Below are positions 1 to 10,763 of a stretch of DNA of 64,000 nucleotides, piece after piece (the stretch's first letter is position 1; each line of letters begins with the position of its first letter). The position numbers were made by a program, and so were the translations under genes. The DNA lies in NCBI GenBank assembly GCA_963675745.2, contig CAXXWX010000010.1, forward strand, positions 64,001 through 128,000. Direction: 5' to 3'. The DNA comes from Phycisphaerae bacterium (GTDB lineage Bacteria; Planctomycetota; Phycisphaerae; UBA1845; Fen-1342). Below the pieces are notes generated by a model. It had not been told where the DNA came from. It searched no databases and saw only the letters and a program-made list of their open reading frames with translations.

Positions 1-1469
1 GTGATGCACGCGAACGAGCAGACAAAGGAGTACATGCCGGCGTTGGTGAGGTTATTGACGTCACTCTGGCTGAACGGCGGCCCGTCGGCCCAGGAGTAAG
101 TTCCGCCGTGGCCGCTGTAGATGCCATAAAAGCGCCCGTCGTTGAACGAGTCGCTGACATCCTGCGTAGTGGCGCCATAGGTTACCTGGTAGAGCCGGTC
201 ACAGATGTAGCCGTTCGGTTCGAGGTACGTGTTGATGACGTATTCGTGCGTTCCCTCGCTGACCAGGTAATTGTCGACAGACGCCATGAATACGGCGCGT
301 TTGAGATATGCCGGATCGACGAGTGGGCCATTCTCGGTATAGAGGGTTTTGTCGATGAGGGTATTCAGTTGGGTGGCGTTGCGCACGGGAAAGCGGCCGA
401 TGGCGATGTCGGGATACCAGTCGCCGGCTCCATCCATGCACGCATATTGCAGATCAGTGGCGGGGTTGCCCACACCGCCGCCGGTCCAATGTGGGATCGT
501 GTTCGTATCGCCGACCAGCAGGATGTACTCCGGAGCGTCGGGGCCGCCCCACAGGCTCTCGATGTAGCTCTTGATGGTGGTGTTGGCGGTGCCGTCGGCT
601 ACGGAGTGTGTCGTAACATTGAAACCCTGAGCCGCCTTGGCCGTCGCAAACGGGGCAATCCCGGCGGCAAATGAGTTGGCGGTGATGATCAGGTAGTTGC
701 CGGAGCCGCAGGCCCGCACGTCTGAGACCAGGTCCGGATTGAGTACGACGCGCTTGAGGCCGGGCAGCGCTGTCAGCCGGCCTTGAGTTGTCGTGCCGCC
801 GACGAATCCCACGGTTGCCGTCAGCCGTGGGAACAGCGACAGTTGCCGGGTCGCCGCGTTGTAGGCGACCGGATGCATTTCCAGCAGCATAACGCGCTGG
901 CCGCGGAAGATGCCCAAGTCGCTGACCGAAGCCCGCTGCTGCGGCCACGCCGCGTCGATTTCATACGCCGCCGCGTCTAGGTGAAAATCCGCAAGCTCCC
1001 GGGCGCCGGGAATTTTAGGGATGGGCGGCTGGACTGGCATGAGCACGACTTCGGCGCCGAGCGACTGTCCATCCACGACTTCCGGTTTGCCCTCCTCCAC
1101 TGTGAGCACCACATCGGCGTCGAGCGGAGCGATTAACAACCGGCGCACGACCGGTACGCCCGGTGCCCCGACTCTCCCCGCCAGCGGCGCGCCCGGCCAG
1201 TCGAGCTCGACGAAAACGCCGTGCTTCGTCTCGCGAACGGCGGCCGTGAGCCCGGTGAGTTCCACGGTGACGTCAAGACCGCGCACGCCGTGGCTGACAA
1301 CGTCCACGCGTGGCGCGGTGGTGTCGCCGAGCGTTTCGATGCGCACATCGCCGTCAGGTGTGCTCGCCAATCTGAGATCGCCGGCCGCGGTGCCGATAAC
1401 GAGCGCAACCACCATAATGGCAAGCGCTGCGCGGTGTCGGCGGGATTGTGAAAGCATGCCCGTGCCCAT
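1..1469 (-). CDS. C25 (gingipain-like) cysteine peptidase with signal peptide and propeptide; runs off the window start
   Basis: Not in the ORF track because it has no stop in the window. ATG 1469 with AGGAG RBS. Translation MGTGMLSQ...YILLVGD...YPDIAIGRFPV...YSGHGG...SFACIT carries the catalytic His (GHG) and Cys (FAC) motifs. Confidence 0.85.
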   Translation of the reverse strand, partial: MGTGMLSQSRRHRAALAIMVVALVIGTAAGDLRLASTPDGDVRIETLGDTTAPRVDVVSHGVRGLDVTVELTGLTAAVRETKHGVFVELDWPGAPLAGRVGAPGVPVVRRLLIAPLDADVVLTVEEGKPEVVDGQSLGAEVVLMPVQPPIPKIPGARELADFHLDAAAYEIDAAWPQQRASVSDLGIFRGQRVMLLEMHPVAYNAATRQLSLFPRLTATVGFVGGTTTQGRLTALPGLKRVVLNPDLVSDVRACGSGNYLIITANSFAAGIAPFATAKAAQGFNVTTHSVADGTANTTIKSYIESLWGGPDAPEYILLVGDTNTIPHWTGGGVGNPATDLQYACMDGAGDWYPDIAIGRFPVRNATQLNTLIDKTLYTENGPLVDPAYLKRAVFMASVDNYLVSEGTHEYVINTYLEPNGYICDRLYQVTYGATTQDVSDSFNDGRFYGIYSGHGGTYSWADGPPFSQSDVNNLTNAGMYSFVCSFACI

Positions 1470-1771
1470 TCATGACTCCTTGCGATCTACCTTGGATTCG
1501 CCGCGATACTCCCCCGCGCTCGACACTGACCTGGGGGTTGAATCTTGCAGCCTACCCTGGAAGGGACTGTTTCCATACTAACAAACCCGTATTGGGATTG
1601 ATACCGCAAACGAGGAGGATGAACGCCGTGCGCGGCACGGGGAACAGGCGGAGGACATTGCGTCCGGCGAGGCACTATCGCAGGGGCTGTTTGCACCAGG
1701 TGGCCGGGACTCTGCTCAATGCAGGTCGATGCCGGTTGGTGATTGGTGTCGCAGCCGGTAGTATTCGCTTC

Positions 1772-2971
1772 ATGCATGCTCCACGATGCCGTTCCGCGCT
1801 GATAGTGGTGTTGTTCACGATGCTGCTCGTGCCGGCCTGCCGGCAGTTCGGCGAGCGCCGGCAGGGCGAGGTCTCCCCGGATGACTCACCGGGTGGGGCG
1901 GCGTCCCCGGGGCAGGCACTTACCTGGCCTCGGTCTTCCGGCGCGCAGCCCGACCAGGGGGCCGTACGGGGCGATATCCTGATCGTCGATGACACGGTCC
2001 TCACCGTCGACGAACTGCTCTACCCGCTCGGCGAGTGGATCGAGGCTTATCACCGGAACCGCTCCCCAGAGCTGGGGCCCGGTCAATTGGCAAAGCTGAT
2101 TCGCGGCCACGTCCAGCAGGAGGTCGGCGCGGTCCTGCTGTATCAGGAAGCCAAACGCGAGTTTGCCGAGAACCAACAGGATGCCGTGACCGCCTATGTT
2201 GAGGCCGAGACGAATCGGCGAATCACGACCGAGTTCGGCGGGTCCGTGGCGCGTTTTGAACGCCACCTGGAGCGCTACGGCCTGACGCTCGAGCAATACC
2301 GGGGATGGCTCGAACGCGGGAGCGTCGCGCGACACTATGCTCGTGAGCGCTTCCTGCCGATGGTCCATCTGCGCCGCAGCGAACTCCTGGCGTATTACCA
2401 GAAGAACCTGGAGCAATACACGACTCCCGGGACGCGCGAGTTGTACATGATCGAGATTCCCTTTGCGTCGATGTTGCCAAAGGGTGTCACGTGGCGGTCA
2501 GCGTCGCCCGCCGCGCGCGACCTGGCCCGCTCAAAGGCGCGGGAGCAGATCGCAGCCGCGCATAACGCTTTGCAAAGTAGGCCGTTTGAGGATGTGGCCC
2601 GCGAGTTCTCGCGCGGCCCGCTAGCCGCGCACGGCGGTGCGTGGGGCACCATCGGCAAACCGCTGAAGGCGCCCTACGACTCGCTCAGCGCGCGCGTATT
2701 CCAGTTTCACCCGGGGCAGTACAGCGCTCCGATCGAAACCGACACCGGCTGTCACATCGTGGGCTGTGGCGAGGTGCAGCCGGAGCAGCGTACGCCGTTC
2801 GTCGACATTCAGGACGAAGTCCGCCGACAGCTTGCGAATGAGCGGATTAACGAGCTCTCAGATCGCTACATGGACCGGCTGGCCGCCAAGGCGTCGATGA
2901 CCTCTCTGGACGCGTTCATCCAGGCGGCCATGGAGCGCGCCAACGACCCGCGCTGGCCTGACACGGATTAA
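1772..2971 (+). CDS. PpiC/SurA-type peptidyl-prolyl isomerase, probable lipoprotein
   Basis: Hydrophobic leader ending VPAC, SurA-like helical region, parvulin motif FEDVAREFS...GG.WG...YSAPIET..G.HI. Confidence 0.8.
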   Translation: MHAPRCRSALIVVLFTMLLVPACRQFGERRQGEVSPDDSPGGAASPGQALTWPRSSGAQPDQGAVRGDILIVDDTVLTVDELLYPLGEWIEAYHRNRSPELGPGQLAKLIRGHVQQEVGAVLLYQEAKREFAENQQDAVTAYVEAETNRRITTEFGGSVARFERHLERYGLTLEQYRGWLERGSVARHYARERFLPMVHLRRSELLAYYQKNLEQYTTPGTRELYMIEIPFASMLPKGVTWRSASPAARDLARSKAREQIAAAHNALQSRPFEDVAREFSRGPLAAHGGAWGTIGKPLKAPYDSLSARVFQFHPGQYSAPIETDTGCHIVGCGEVQPEQRTPFVDIQDEVRRQLANERINELSDRYMDRLAAKASMTSLDAFIQAAMERANDPRWPDTD

Positions 2972-3150
2972 TGCCGCCGTCTGGCGCCGAAGGTAACGGC
3001 CGGCGCCTCGCCGGCCGCCGAACATCGGAGGCGTTGTCCCGCGCCGACGGCCTGCGAGGCGCAGGCCGCTACAGCGCTGCACGGGCCGCTTTCGCGCTGC
3101 GCGTGCGAGACGAGCGAGCCGGGGATGGGGCAAGGCTGCCGCGCTGGGGT

Positions 3151-4980
3151 TCACTCCGCGGGTTTGAGCTGCACGGCGATCATGTGCAGACCATCAGGTG
3201 AGGTGCGCAGCGTGCCCAGCCCCACAGTCTGGTACTTGAGCAGCTTGCGCAACTCGCCGACATTCTCGCTGTCCATGCTCTGACCGTACTGATTGACCAT
3301 CATCGTGGTAATGAAAGCGCCCATGTTCATCGCGGCTTCGGGGCCCTGGAGCAATTCGGGTTTCTCGACGAACGCCAGCAGAGCCTCGGTTATCTTGCGC
3401 GAGTCGGCATAGACCACGCCGCTCGCCTCGCGCGGTATCTCCTTAAGGATGGCCTTGAACTGGTCGTCCGCGCCCAGGCCTTCACCAGCCGCCTGAATGG
3501 CGGCTTCGACGGAGGGCGTGGTGCCGGCCAGCAACTGGTCATCGCTCAGGGCCACGGCGATCCCGGGCATCGGTTCGTACAACTCGGCCCCACGGAACTC
3601 GCGAGGCGGGAGTTGCGCCAGGGTCAGCAGCTTGAGCAGCGCCTCGCGCTGTCGATGTCCCAGGGTCAGCAACAGTTGCAGCGAACTGGCACCGTAGGGC
3701 TTTGTGAAGCCGAGGCTGATCGTCAACGGCGGACGCAGATGCGCGAACACGTCCTTCCGCAGGTCGATCGTCTCTTCGGGGCCGATCGGGATGGCCGCCA
3801 GGCTCGCGCGCATCTCGTCGGCCTCATCGGGGTCCGTCTGACGTATGATCCGCTCGATCTCATCGAGCATGTCGAGCAGATTGATGTTGAGGGAGCCGTA
3901 AAGGGCCGTGTGCTCGGGGATGAACTTGGGCGGTGCAATCGCCGCGTTGTCCATGCTGAAGATTTTCGCCAGGCCCGAACGCTCGCCGCGCAGCAGGGCG
4001 ATGATCTCCATCTCGTACTCGAGCACGTCACCGCCGATGCGTGCGTGTCCGATGATGCTGCCGAAGGCATCGAGCCCGAGAGCTGCCTGCCACTTGTCGG
4101 CCTCGTCGCCGCCGTCCGCCGACGCCAGCTTGATAATGCGGGGAAGATTGATGAACAATCGTAGCGTGCCGGCCTCCGGCAGGAGGCGTTTCATTCGGCG
4201 ATAGTCCATGTTGGCGAGCAATGAGCCCTTGAGTTTCTCGCGGCGCAGCACCGCCTTGATCTCATTGGCGGAACTCGACAGGATCAGTCGGTCGGACGTC
4301 AAGCACATTGCGAACTCTGGAGGCATCTCCTCGAGTGCGAACATCTCGTCGAGCGCCTTATCCAACTGCTTGCCAAACGCCGTCGGGTCGGATGGATCGA
4401 ATCCCTCCCAATCGAAGCCGTCGTCCTCGGTCAGGGTTTCGTCGTCGGTGTCGTCGGTCGGGGCCGCGCCACGCAGGATATCGACGCGCTGCGACTTGTA
4501 GGACTTGGTGTCGCGCTCATCCGCCGCCTCACTCAGGCGTTTGAGCGCCTGGTCGTAGTAGCGCTTCATCAGCTCGGCGTTACCGACGCCGGCGACAAAG
4601 ACGACCTCTCCGTCGTCATCGAGGTTTCCGCCCGTCGGCAGCGTGACATACAGCGCAACGCCGCCCGCAAACGGGTTCTCGAGCTGGCCGGCGCCGATAT
4701 CGAGTGCCTCGGCGACGCGCGTCTTCAGCTTTTCGGTGAACTGCCCGAACACGTCCACCTCTGGCATGATCTCGCGCGCCTGCGCGTCGTTCATCAGCCG
4801 GTAGGCGCTCGTCTCTTTGACGCCGGCAACCGTCGCGTCAATATCGGTGACCCCGATGTAGAACAGGGCGTCATCGGGCACCCACGCGGCCGGATCGTCG
4901 GCTTCGGCCAGAGCGCGGCCCACCAATGGGGAAACGGCGACGAGCAGGACAGCAGTGGCCAACATGCGAAAACGTGTCAT
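3151..4980 (-). CDS. Secreted hypothetical protein (DUF3352-like)
   Basis: Signal peptide followed by AAWVPDDALFY; long acidic ORF with good codon bias. Confidence 0.6.
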   Translation of the reverse strand: MTRFRMLATAVLLVAVSPLVGRALAEADDPAAWVPDDALFYIGVTDIDATVAGVKETSAYRLMNDAQAREIMPEVDVFGQFTEKLKTRVAEALDIGAGQLENPFAGGVALYVTLPTGGNLDDDGEVVFVAGVGNAELMKRYYDQALKRLSEAADERDTKSYKSQRVDILRGAAPTDDTDDETLTEDDGFDWEGFDPSDPTAFGKQLDKALDEMFALEEMPPEFAMCLTSDRLILSSSANEIKAVLRREKLKGSLLANMDYRRMKRLLPEAGTLRLFINLPRIIKLASADGGDEADKWQAALGLDAFGSIIGHARIGGDVLEYEMEIIALLRGERSGLAKIFSMDNAAIAPPKFIPEHTALYGSLNINLLDMLDEIERIIRQTDPDEADEMRASLAAIPIGPEETIDLRKDVFAHLRPPLTISLGFTKPYGASSLQLLLTLGHRQREALLKLLTLAQLPPREFRGAELYEPMPGIAVALSDDQLLAGTTPSVEAAIQAAGEGLGADDQFKAILKEIPREASGVVYADSRKITEALLAFVEKPELLQGPEAAMNMGAFITTMMVNQYGQSMDSENVGELRKLLKYQTVGLGTLRTSPDGLHMIAVQLKPAE

Positions 4981-5016
4981 TGCAAAACCCTCGTGCAAAC
5001 GGGAGGTGTGTGTGAA

Positions 5017-5976
5017 CTATTCTTCTGTCAGATTGGGCGGAGTGGCATCCTGACGCGCCGGCGGCTGGAGGTAGCGATAACCCGCCTCCGAGCTCTCCGG
5101 GTTGTAAGCGAACGCGTCGCGATTCTTCAGGAAGTCGACCACGTAGCGAATCGGAATGGCGAAGTTCAAGCCCTCGCCCGCCGGGATGATCATGTTCGTC
5201 ACGCCGATGACCTCGCCGCGCATATTGAACAGCGGCCCGCCCGAGTTCCCCGGGTTGATCTGCGTGGTCGTTTGTACGTATGCCAGCCCCTCCATGGCCC
5301 GATTGCGCCGACTGACGATGCCCCGCGAGACGGAACGCTCGAGGCCGAGTGGTGTGCCGATGGCAAACACATGGTCGCCGTCGCGCAGGCTGTCGTCGGC
5401 CCCCAGATAGACGAATGTTGGCGTATAGTCGTCGGGGAGGTTGACTTTCAGCAGGGCCAGATCGAGAAACGGGTTGGTCGCGACAATATCGACGTCCTCA
5501 AACTTCTGGTTCTTGAATTCGTTACCGATCTTGCGGAACAGGACGATCGCGATCTTGGTCTCGTCCTCGATCACGTGGAAGTTGGTGATCAAGTGACCCT
5601 CGCGGCTGATGAAGAATCCGCTCCCGATCGCCCCCGGCACCGAGACCTTGATGACCGCCTCGCCGATCTGCTCGGCGTGTTGCTTGACCGTCTGCGGCTT
5701 GAGCCCGGCATTGGTGCTGTACAGGTCGTCCGTGGTGTAGACCGCGTCGGTGGCGTCTTCCTGGCCGTCGTCGGCTTGCTCTTCGATGGCGCTAATGTGT
5801 GCGCGCGGGATTGAAAGCACGTCGTAGCCCAGGTCGATCACAATCGTATCCGGGTACTCGCGCACTACATCGGCCTCGATCGTCTGGCCGTGGTTGAGCA
5901 CAATCTGCTCGCCGAGCAGCGGGGCCGCGGAACCCAGCAGGATCACCGCGATTGAGATCAGGCCGCGTGTTCTCAT
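5017..5976 (-). CDS. Trypsin-like (S1C) serine protease without PDZ, secreted
   Basis: GSGF, TNFHV, DLALLK and INPGNSGGPL catalytic motifs; signal peptide. Confidence 0.9.
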   Translation of the reverse strand: MRTRGLISIAVILLGSAAPLLGEQIVLNHGQTIEADVVREYPDTIVIDLGYDVLSIPRAHISAIEEQADDGQEDATDAVYTTDDLYSTNAGLKPQTVKQHAEQIGEAVIKVSVPGAIGSGFFISREGHLITNFHVIEDETKIAIVLFRKIGNEFKNQKFEDVDIVATNPFLDLALLKVNLPDDYTPTFVYLGADDSLRDGDHVFAIGTPLGLERSVSRGIVSRRNRAMEGLAYVQTTTQINPGNSGGPLFNMRGEVIGVTNMIIPAGEGLNFAIPIRYVVDFLKNRDAFAYNPESSEAGYRYLQPPARQDATPPNLTEE

Positions 5977-6119
5977 CTTGATCACCTCTATTCCCTGGGC
6001 TGGATGTGCGATATACGACGGATGTTAGGGCAGGCCGCCCGGCCCGACAAGGCCGAAGGCGCATGTGGACCTGCTCCGCGGGCTTTCCGTCCCGGGTCGC
6101 ACGCGTTAGCCTATCGGCC

Positions 6120-6653
6120 ATGTCACGATTGCTAACTGAATCACAAATCACGGAAACGCTCGACCGCATGGCCCGGGACATTGTCGCGGCGCTGCCGGCC
6201 GACGCCCCCCTGGCCGTGGTCGGCATCCGCCGGCGCGGCGAAACGTTGGCCCGGCGTCTGCTTCCGCTGCTTGAGAAGCACGGCACCGCGCCGGCGCACT
6301 TCGGCGTTTTGGACATCACGTTGTATCGCGATGACCTGACCGCCATCGGGCCGGCGGCAGTGGTGCGCGGCACTGAGCTGGACTTCGACCTGACCGACAC
6401 GTGGCTGGTGCTGGTCGATGATGTGCTCTACACGGGGCGGTCGGTGCGCGCGGCTTTGAACGCCCTGACGGACTTTGGACGCGCGCGGGCGGTCAAGCTG
6501 GCCGTGTTGATCGACCGCGGCGGGCGGGAATTGCCGGTCTGTCCGGACTTCACCGGGCTCTCTGTTGAGGCCACGCCGGAGCAGGTCGTGGAAGTGCGTT
6601 TGCTGGAACACGATGGAATCGAAGGGGTCGAGCTCAATGACCGGCCTGCGTGA
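6120..6653 (+). CDS. pyrR: Pyrimidine operon regulator / uracil phosphoribosyltransferase
   Basis: LDITLYRDD, LVDDVLYTGRSVRAAL, DRGGRELP; overlaps pyrB. Confidence 0.95.
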   Translation: MSRLLTESQITETLDRMARDIVAALPADAPLAVVGIRRRGETLARRLLPLLEKHGTAPAHFGVLDITLYRDDLTAIGPAAVVRGTELDFDLTDTWLVLVDDVLYTGRSVRAALNALTDFGRARAVKLAVLIDRGGRELPVCPDFTGLSVEATPEQVVEVRLLEHDGIEGVELNDRPA

Positions 6654-7593
6654 AAAGACGACAATCTGGTCCCGCAAGCACCTGCTTGCGCTCGAAGAAC
6701 TGTCGCGCGAGGAGATTCTCTACATACTCGACACAGCCCGGGGCTTTGAAGAAGTCTCGACGCGCAGTGTCAAGAAAGTGCCCGCCTTGCGCGGACAGGT
6801 CGTGGTGAATCTCTTTTTCGAAGACAGCACGCGCACGCGCATGAGCTTTACGCTGGCCGCTCAGCGCCTCTCCGCCGACATCATCGATTTCTCCGAGCGG
6901 ACGTCATCGACCAAAAAGGGGGAGACGCTGCGCGATACGGCGCGCAACATCGAGGCCATGGGCGTCGATATCATGATCATCCGGCACGGGGCCACCGGGG
7001 CGGCGCATGCGCTGACCGAGTCGGTCGATTGCTGTGTGATCAACGCCGGCGACGGGCAGCACGAGCATCCCACGCAGGGCCTGCTAGACCTGTACACGAT
7101 CCGCCAGCGCAAGGGCCGCATAGCGGGCCTCAAGGTGGCGATCGTCGGGGACATCGCACATTCGCGCGTGGCCCGATCGAACCTGCACGCCCTGCTCAAG
7201 TGCGGTGCGGAGGTGACGTTTGTCGGGCCGCCGGCGCTGGTGCCCCGCTCGTTTGAACAGCTCGGGGCGCGCGTAACCGCCGACTTTGATGACGTGCTGC
7301 CGGAGATGGACGTCATCAACATGCTCAGGATTCAGCGCGAGCGCATCAGCAGTAATGCGTTTCCCTCGACGCGCGAATATGTGCGACTCTTCGGCATGTA
7401 CGGCGAACGCTTCAGACGCTGCAAGCCGGACGTGCTGATCATGCACCCGGGCCCGGTCAATCGCGGCGTTGAGCTGTCGGCTGACGTAGCCGACGGCCCC
7501 AACTCGAGCATCCTGCAGCAAGTCACCAACGGGCTGGCAGTGCGGATGGCGGTAATGTTCCTCTGCCACCAGGCAGCGACCACCGGGGCATAG
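6637..7593 (+). CDS. pyrB: Aspartate carbamoyltransferase catalytic subunit
   Basis: FFEDSTRT, NAGDGQHEHPTQ, MHPGPVNRG. Confidence 0.97.
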   Translation: MTGLREKTTIWSRKHLLALEELSREEILYILDTARGFEEVSTRSVKKVPALRGQVVVNLFFEDSTRTRMSFTLAAQRLSADIIDFSERTSSTKKGETLRDTARNIEAMGVDIMIIRHGATGAAHALTESVDCCVINAGDGQHEHPTQGLLDLYTIRQRKGRIAGLKVAIVGDIAHSRVARSNLHALLKCGAEVTFVGPPALVPRSFEQLGARVTADFDDVLPEMDVINMLRIQRERISSNAFPSTREYVRLFGMYGERFRRCKPDVLIMHPGPVNRGVELSADVADGPNSSILQQVTNGLAVRMAVMFLCHQAATTGA

Positions 7594-7790
7594 GGCATCA
7601 AGCCCGGAAGGCACGCCGGTTTGGGCGCGACGGCTCTGCGAGCCGGAAGCCGGTGTGCTGCCCGACCGGCTGTGTTACACTGGACCTACACCGTCTGGCC
7701 ATTGAAGAGAGGGGCCTCGAACGACCGCCAGAGCGGTGATTGTGGGGGGTGGTCACGTCTCATGGTGCATAGCTTGATGGGGAGAACATC

Positions 7791-9089
7791 ATGCCAACCG
7801 AGCGAGAACTGCTGAGTCAGTGCCCGAACCAAGCCTGCGGGTATCGTTATAGGATTCGACACGAGCAGGTCGGCAAGATAGCAACATGCAAATCCTGTGG
7901 AAGGAGATTCAAGCTGGCTGCCGGGATGGGGGGCGCGGCCGATGGTGAGTCAGAAGAACGCGCCACGTCCGCTGCAGTGATGCAACCATCTCGCGACTAC
8001 ACGGAGTCGACGGCTGACAAGCGTGTGTTGACAGTGTGCCTCTCGACGTTCGGTGTGGCCGTCGTGGCGTTGTCAGTCTGGCTCTACACCGCAACGCGCG
8101 ATCAAAGCGAAGAGGTGAATGCTGCGCCGGTTACAGCGAGAATTGCTCTCGACGCCGAACAGCCTTCGCCCCAGGCTGCCACCGAAGTGCCCATAAAGCC
8201 GATCGCGAAGCAGGTTCCCAAGTGCGTTGTGCTCCGTGATGAGGTCGTCGCTGACCTGCCGGCCAGTGCGGCGATTGCGATCGACGTGCTGATTGACACG
8301 CCGCTTACCAAGGATCAGATCCTTGCGCTGTTGCGAGAGAAACTCGAGAACGCGCAGATTCGGCCAGCGTTTACCTATCTCGATTCCGCTGACTATGTCG
8401 ACGTGTCCGCGTACATCTCGGCGGAACACCAGCGCACGACTGCGTGGCATCGACTTGCAAGGATGACATGGAACTCGTTCTACAACGAAGGTAAGATCGA
8501 CATCAACTTCGACGAGTCGCTGCACCGGCAGTTATTTGACTCACCCGAGGTTCTTCACGGGCTAGATGAGCCCACACGGAAGAAGATATTCAAGGAGTAC
8601 GTTCACGCGAACCACAGTGCTGACGATCAAGCGGAGTACGAATTCCCAAGCGATTCCGAGAGAGTCCTGAAGCCCGGTGACCGATTTACATTGACTGGTA
8701 CGGTGATGTTGATGTCGCACAACAACGCTACCGAATGGCTTGAGAGTGGAGCAGGATCACTAGAGCTGCCGGCGGGCACGTCGATATATGTGATCCGTAC
8801 GGAGGAGAATCCGCAGGGCACGTTGTACACGCAAGTTGCCGCCACGCTGCCAAACGAGGCCAATCCGTATGGCGGTTGGGTCATGTCGACTATGCTTGGG
8901 CTCCAGCATCCGACTATATCCGACCCTGACGTGCGATCCGCACAGCATTCGCGCCGGGATCAGCGGTTCCAAGAACTGCTGGAGAGATCGGTGGTCGACC
9001 TTATGGAGTATTACGGTATCGACCGCGATATGGTCTCGAGGAGATTCGATCCGAGGGACACGAAAAGAAGTGGCCGTACTAAACGCTGA
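7791..9089 (+). CDS. Hypothetical single-pass membrane protein with N-terminal Zn-ribbon
   Basis: CPNQAC...CKSC, then one TM helix; weaker codon bias than neighbours. Possible indel near 9040, where an alternative frame ends EIRSEGHEKKWPY*. Confidence 0.6.
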   Translation: MPTERELLSQCPNQACGYRYRIRHEQVGKIATCKSCGRRFKLAAGMGGAADGESEERATSAAVMQPSRDYTESTADKRVLTVCLSTFGVAVVALSVWLYTATRDQSEEVNAAPVTARIALDAEQPSPQAATEVPIKPIAKQVPKCVVLRDEVVADLPASAAIAIDVLIDTPLTKDQILALLREKLENAQIRPAFTYLDSADYVDVSAYISAEHQRTTAWHRLARMTWNSFYNEGKIDINFDESLHRQLFDSPEVLHGLDEPTRKKIFKEYVHANHSADDQAEYEFPSDSERVLKPGDRFTLTGTVMLMSHNNATEWLESGAGSLELPAGTSIYVIRTEENPQGTLYTQVAATLPNEANPYGGWVMSTMLGLQHPTISDPDVRSAQHSRRDQRFQELLERSVVDLMEYYGIDRDMVSRRFDPRDTKRSGRTKR

Positions 9090-9163
9090 CAGAAAAGGCG
9101 TCGCTATTGCGCCTGTGCCACACATCGGTACACCCCACCCTTCGATACACACCCGGCGGGGCG

Positions 9164-10519
9164 CTATGTCATGCCGTAGTCTTTCAGCTTGCGGTATAGC
9201 GTGCGTGTGCCGATGCCGAGGCGCTTGGCCGCCTGCTCGCGATTGCCGCCGGTGATTTGCAGCGTCTTCTCTATCATCATCCGCTCGACCTCGGCCATCG
9301 TCAGGCCGATCAGGCCGCCGCTCAGCGGCACAATGTCGCGCGTGCCGCGGATGCGCTCGGGCAGATCGTGCGGTTCGATCTGGCGCCCTTCGGCCTCGAC
9401 CGCCGCCTCGACGATCACGTTGGCAAGTTCGCGGACGTTGCCCGGCCACGGGTTCTTGGTGAGGAGCTCGATCACCTCGCTCGAAAATCCCGGACACTTG
9501 AAGCCGTGCTCAACCCGTGCTCGTTCGAGCAGATGCAACGCCAAGCCGGGAATATCCTCACGCCGTTCGCGCAGCGGCGGCACTCTGATCACCCACTGGT
9601 TCAGGCGGTAATACAGATCCTCGCGGAAGCTCTTGTCCTCGACCTTCTTCGACAGGGCGACGTTCGTCGCCGCGATCAGACGCACATCCACCCGCCGAAT
9701 CTCGGTCGAGCCGACCGGCGTGATCTCACGGCGTTCGAGCGTGCGCAACAGCTTGGCCTGCATGCTCAACGGCATATCGCCGATCTCGTCGAGGAACAGC
9801 GTGCCACCATCGGCGGCCTCGAAATAGCCCTTGCGGTCGGCCACGGCACCGGTGAACGCGCCTTTAACGTGCCCGAACAGGTGGCTTTCGAGCAGGCTTT
9901 CACCCAGGCCGGCGCAGTTCAGCGGCAGCAGCGGCTTGCGAGCCCGATCCGAGCGCTTGTGAATCGCTTCGGCGATCAGGTCCTTACCCGTCCCGGTCTC
10001 GCCGAGAATCAGCACGGTGAGCTTGTTACGGGCGGCCTTCCTGATGCGCTCGATGATGTTCCTGATCCCCGGCGAAGTGCCGACGATCCCCTCAAAAGCC
10101 TCGCCGCGATGTTCGTCAATGGACTTGCGGAGCAAGCGATCGTCGCGGCGGCCGGCGGCGGACGTGGCGGCGCGGTTGATCGGCGCGACCAGGTCGGCGG
10201 GGTCGTCTTTCGCAGGCATGAGGATGACTTGAATATGCCGCGCACGCGCCGACACGGGGCTGTCACCGACGACGATCAGCGTGGCATCGGGTGCCGCCGT
10301 ATCGAGCAGCCCGGCCAGCGGCGGAGCCGTCGCTTCCGAACCCACCACCGACTCGGCCACCACGATATCCGGCGCCTTCTGGCGGATCGAATCGAGCGCG
10401 TCGGACAGAGTCGCGACCGCGCGGCAGGAGTGCCCGGTCTCCCGGCGCAGCAACTCGTGCAGCCGCTCGGCGCGGTCCTGATCATCCATCAGAATCAGAA
10501 TAAACGCGGTGCGTGGCAT
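9164..10519 (-). CDS. Sigma-54-dependent activator (NtrC/Fis family) with atypical receiver domain
   Basis: [28 protein letters not shown] and a Fis-type HTH. Confidence 0.92.
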   Translation of the reverse strand: MPRTAFILILMDDQDRAERLHELLRRETGHSCRAVATLSDALDSIRQKAPDIVVAESVVGSEATAPPLAGLLDTAAPDATLIVVGDSPVSARARHIQVILMPAKDDPADLVAPINRAATSAAGRRDDRLLRKSIDEHRGEAFEGIVGTSPGIRNIIERIRKAARNKLTVLILGETGTGKDLIAEAIHKRSDRARKPLLPLNCAGLGESLLESHLFGHVKGAFTGAVADRKGYFEAADGGTLFLDEIGDMPLSMQAKLLRTLERREITPVGSTEIRRVDVRLIAATNVALSKKVEDKSFREDLYYRLNQWVIRVPPLRERREDIPGLALHLLERARVEHGFKCPGFSSEVIELLTKNPWPGNVRELANVIVEAAVEAEGRQIEPHDLPERIRGTRDIVPLSGGLIGLTMAEVERMMIEKTLQITGGNREQAAKRLGIGTRTLYRKLKDYGMT

Positions 10520-10763
10520 AATCTGGTAATTCTACGCGTCGCCGTCAGAGTTGGTAGCCCCATGCGGCCGGCGATCCCAGAATGACCGCGCCGGGCACTC
10601 GTTGACCGGCCGGCGGCGACCACGGCCGGTTCGATCGGTGACGCCACACGCGCATCCGGTCTGCCGTTGGCAAAGCTCGCGCGTGCCAGGGCGGGCCGAA
10701 GCGCGTATGATGTTGATAGGCCACGTCGTGGGCGTGAGCACGGGGGGGCGCAGAGGACGCCGC

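Noticed and set aside
1701..1716. Sigma-54-like TGGCCGGGACTCTGCT upstream of the PPIase
   Set aside because: Spacing is right, but the match is partial and there is no supporting UAS or IHF site.
5990..6119. PyrR attenuator leader
   Set aside because: No PyrR-binding loop or U-tailed terminator visible.
9257..10585. Long antisense ORFs (also 21301-22482, 36395-37558, 43539-44579)
   Set aside because: Shadow ORFs of real genes in high-GC DNA, with no recognisable motifs.
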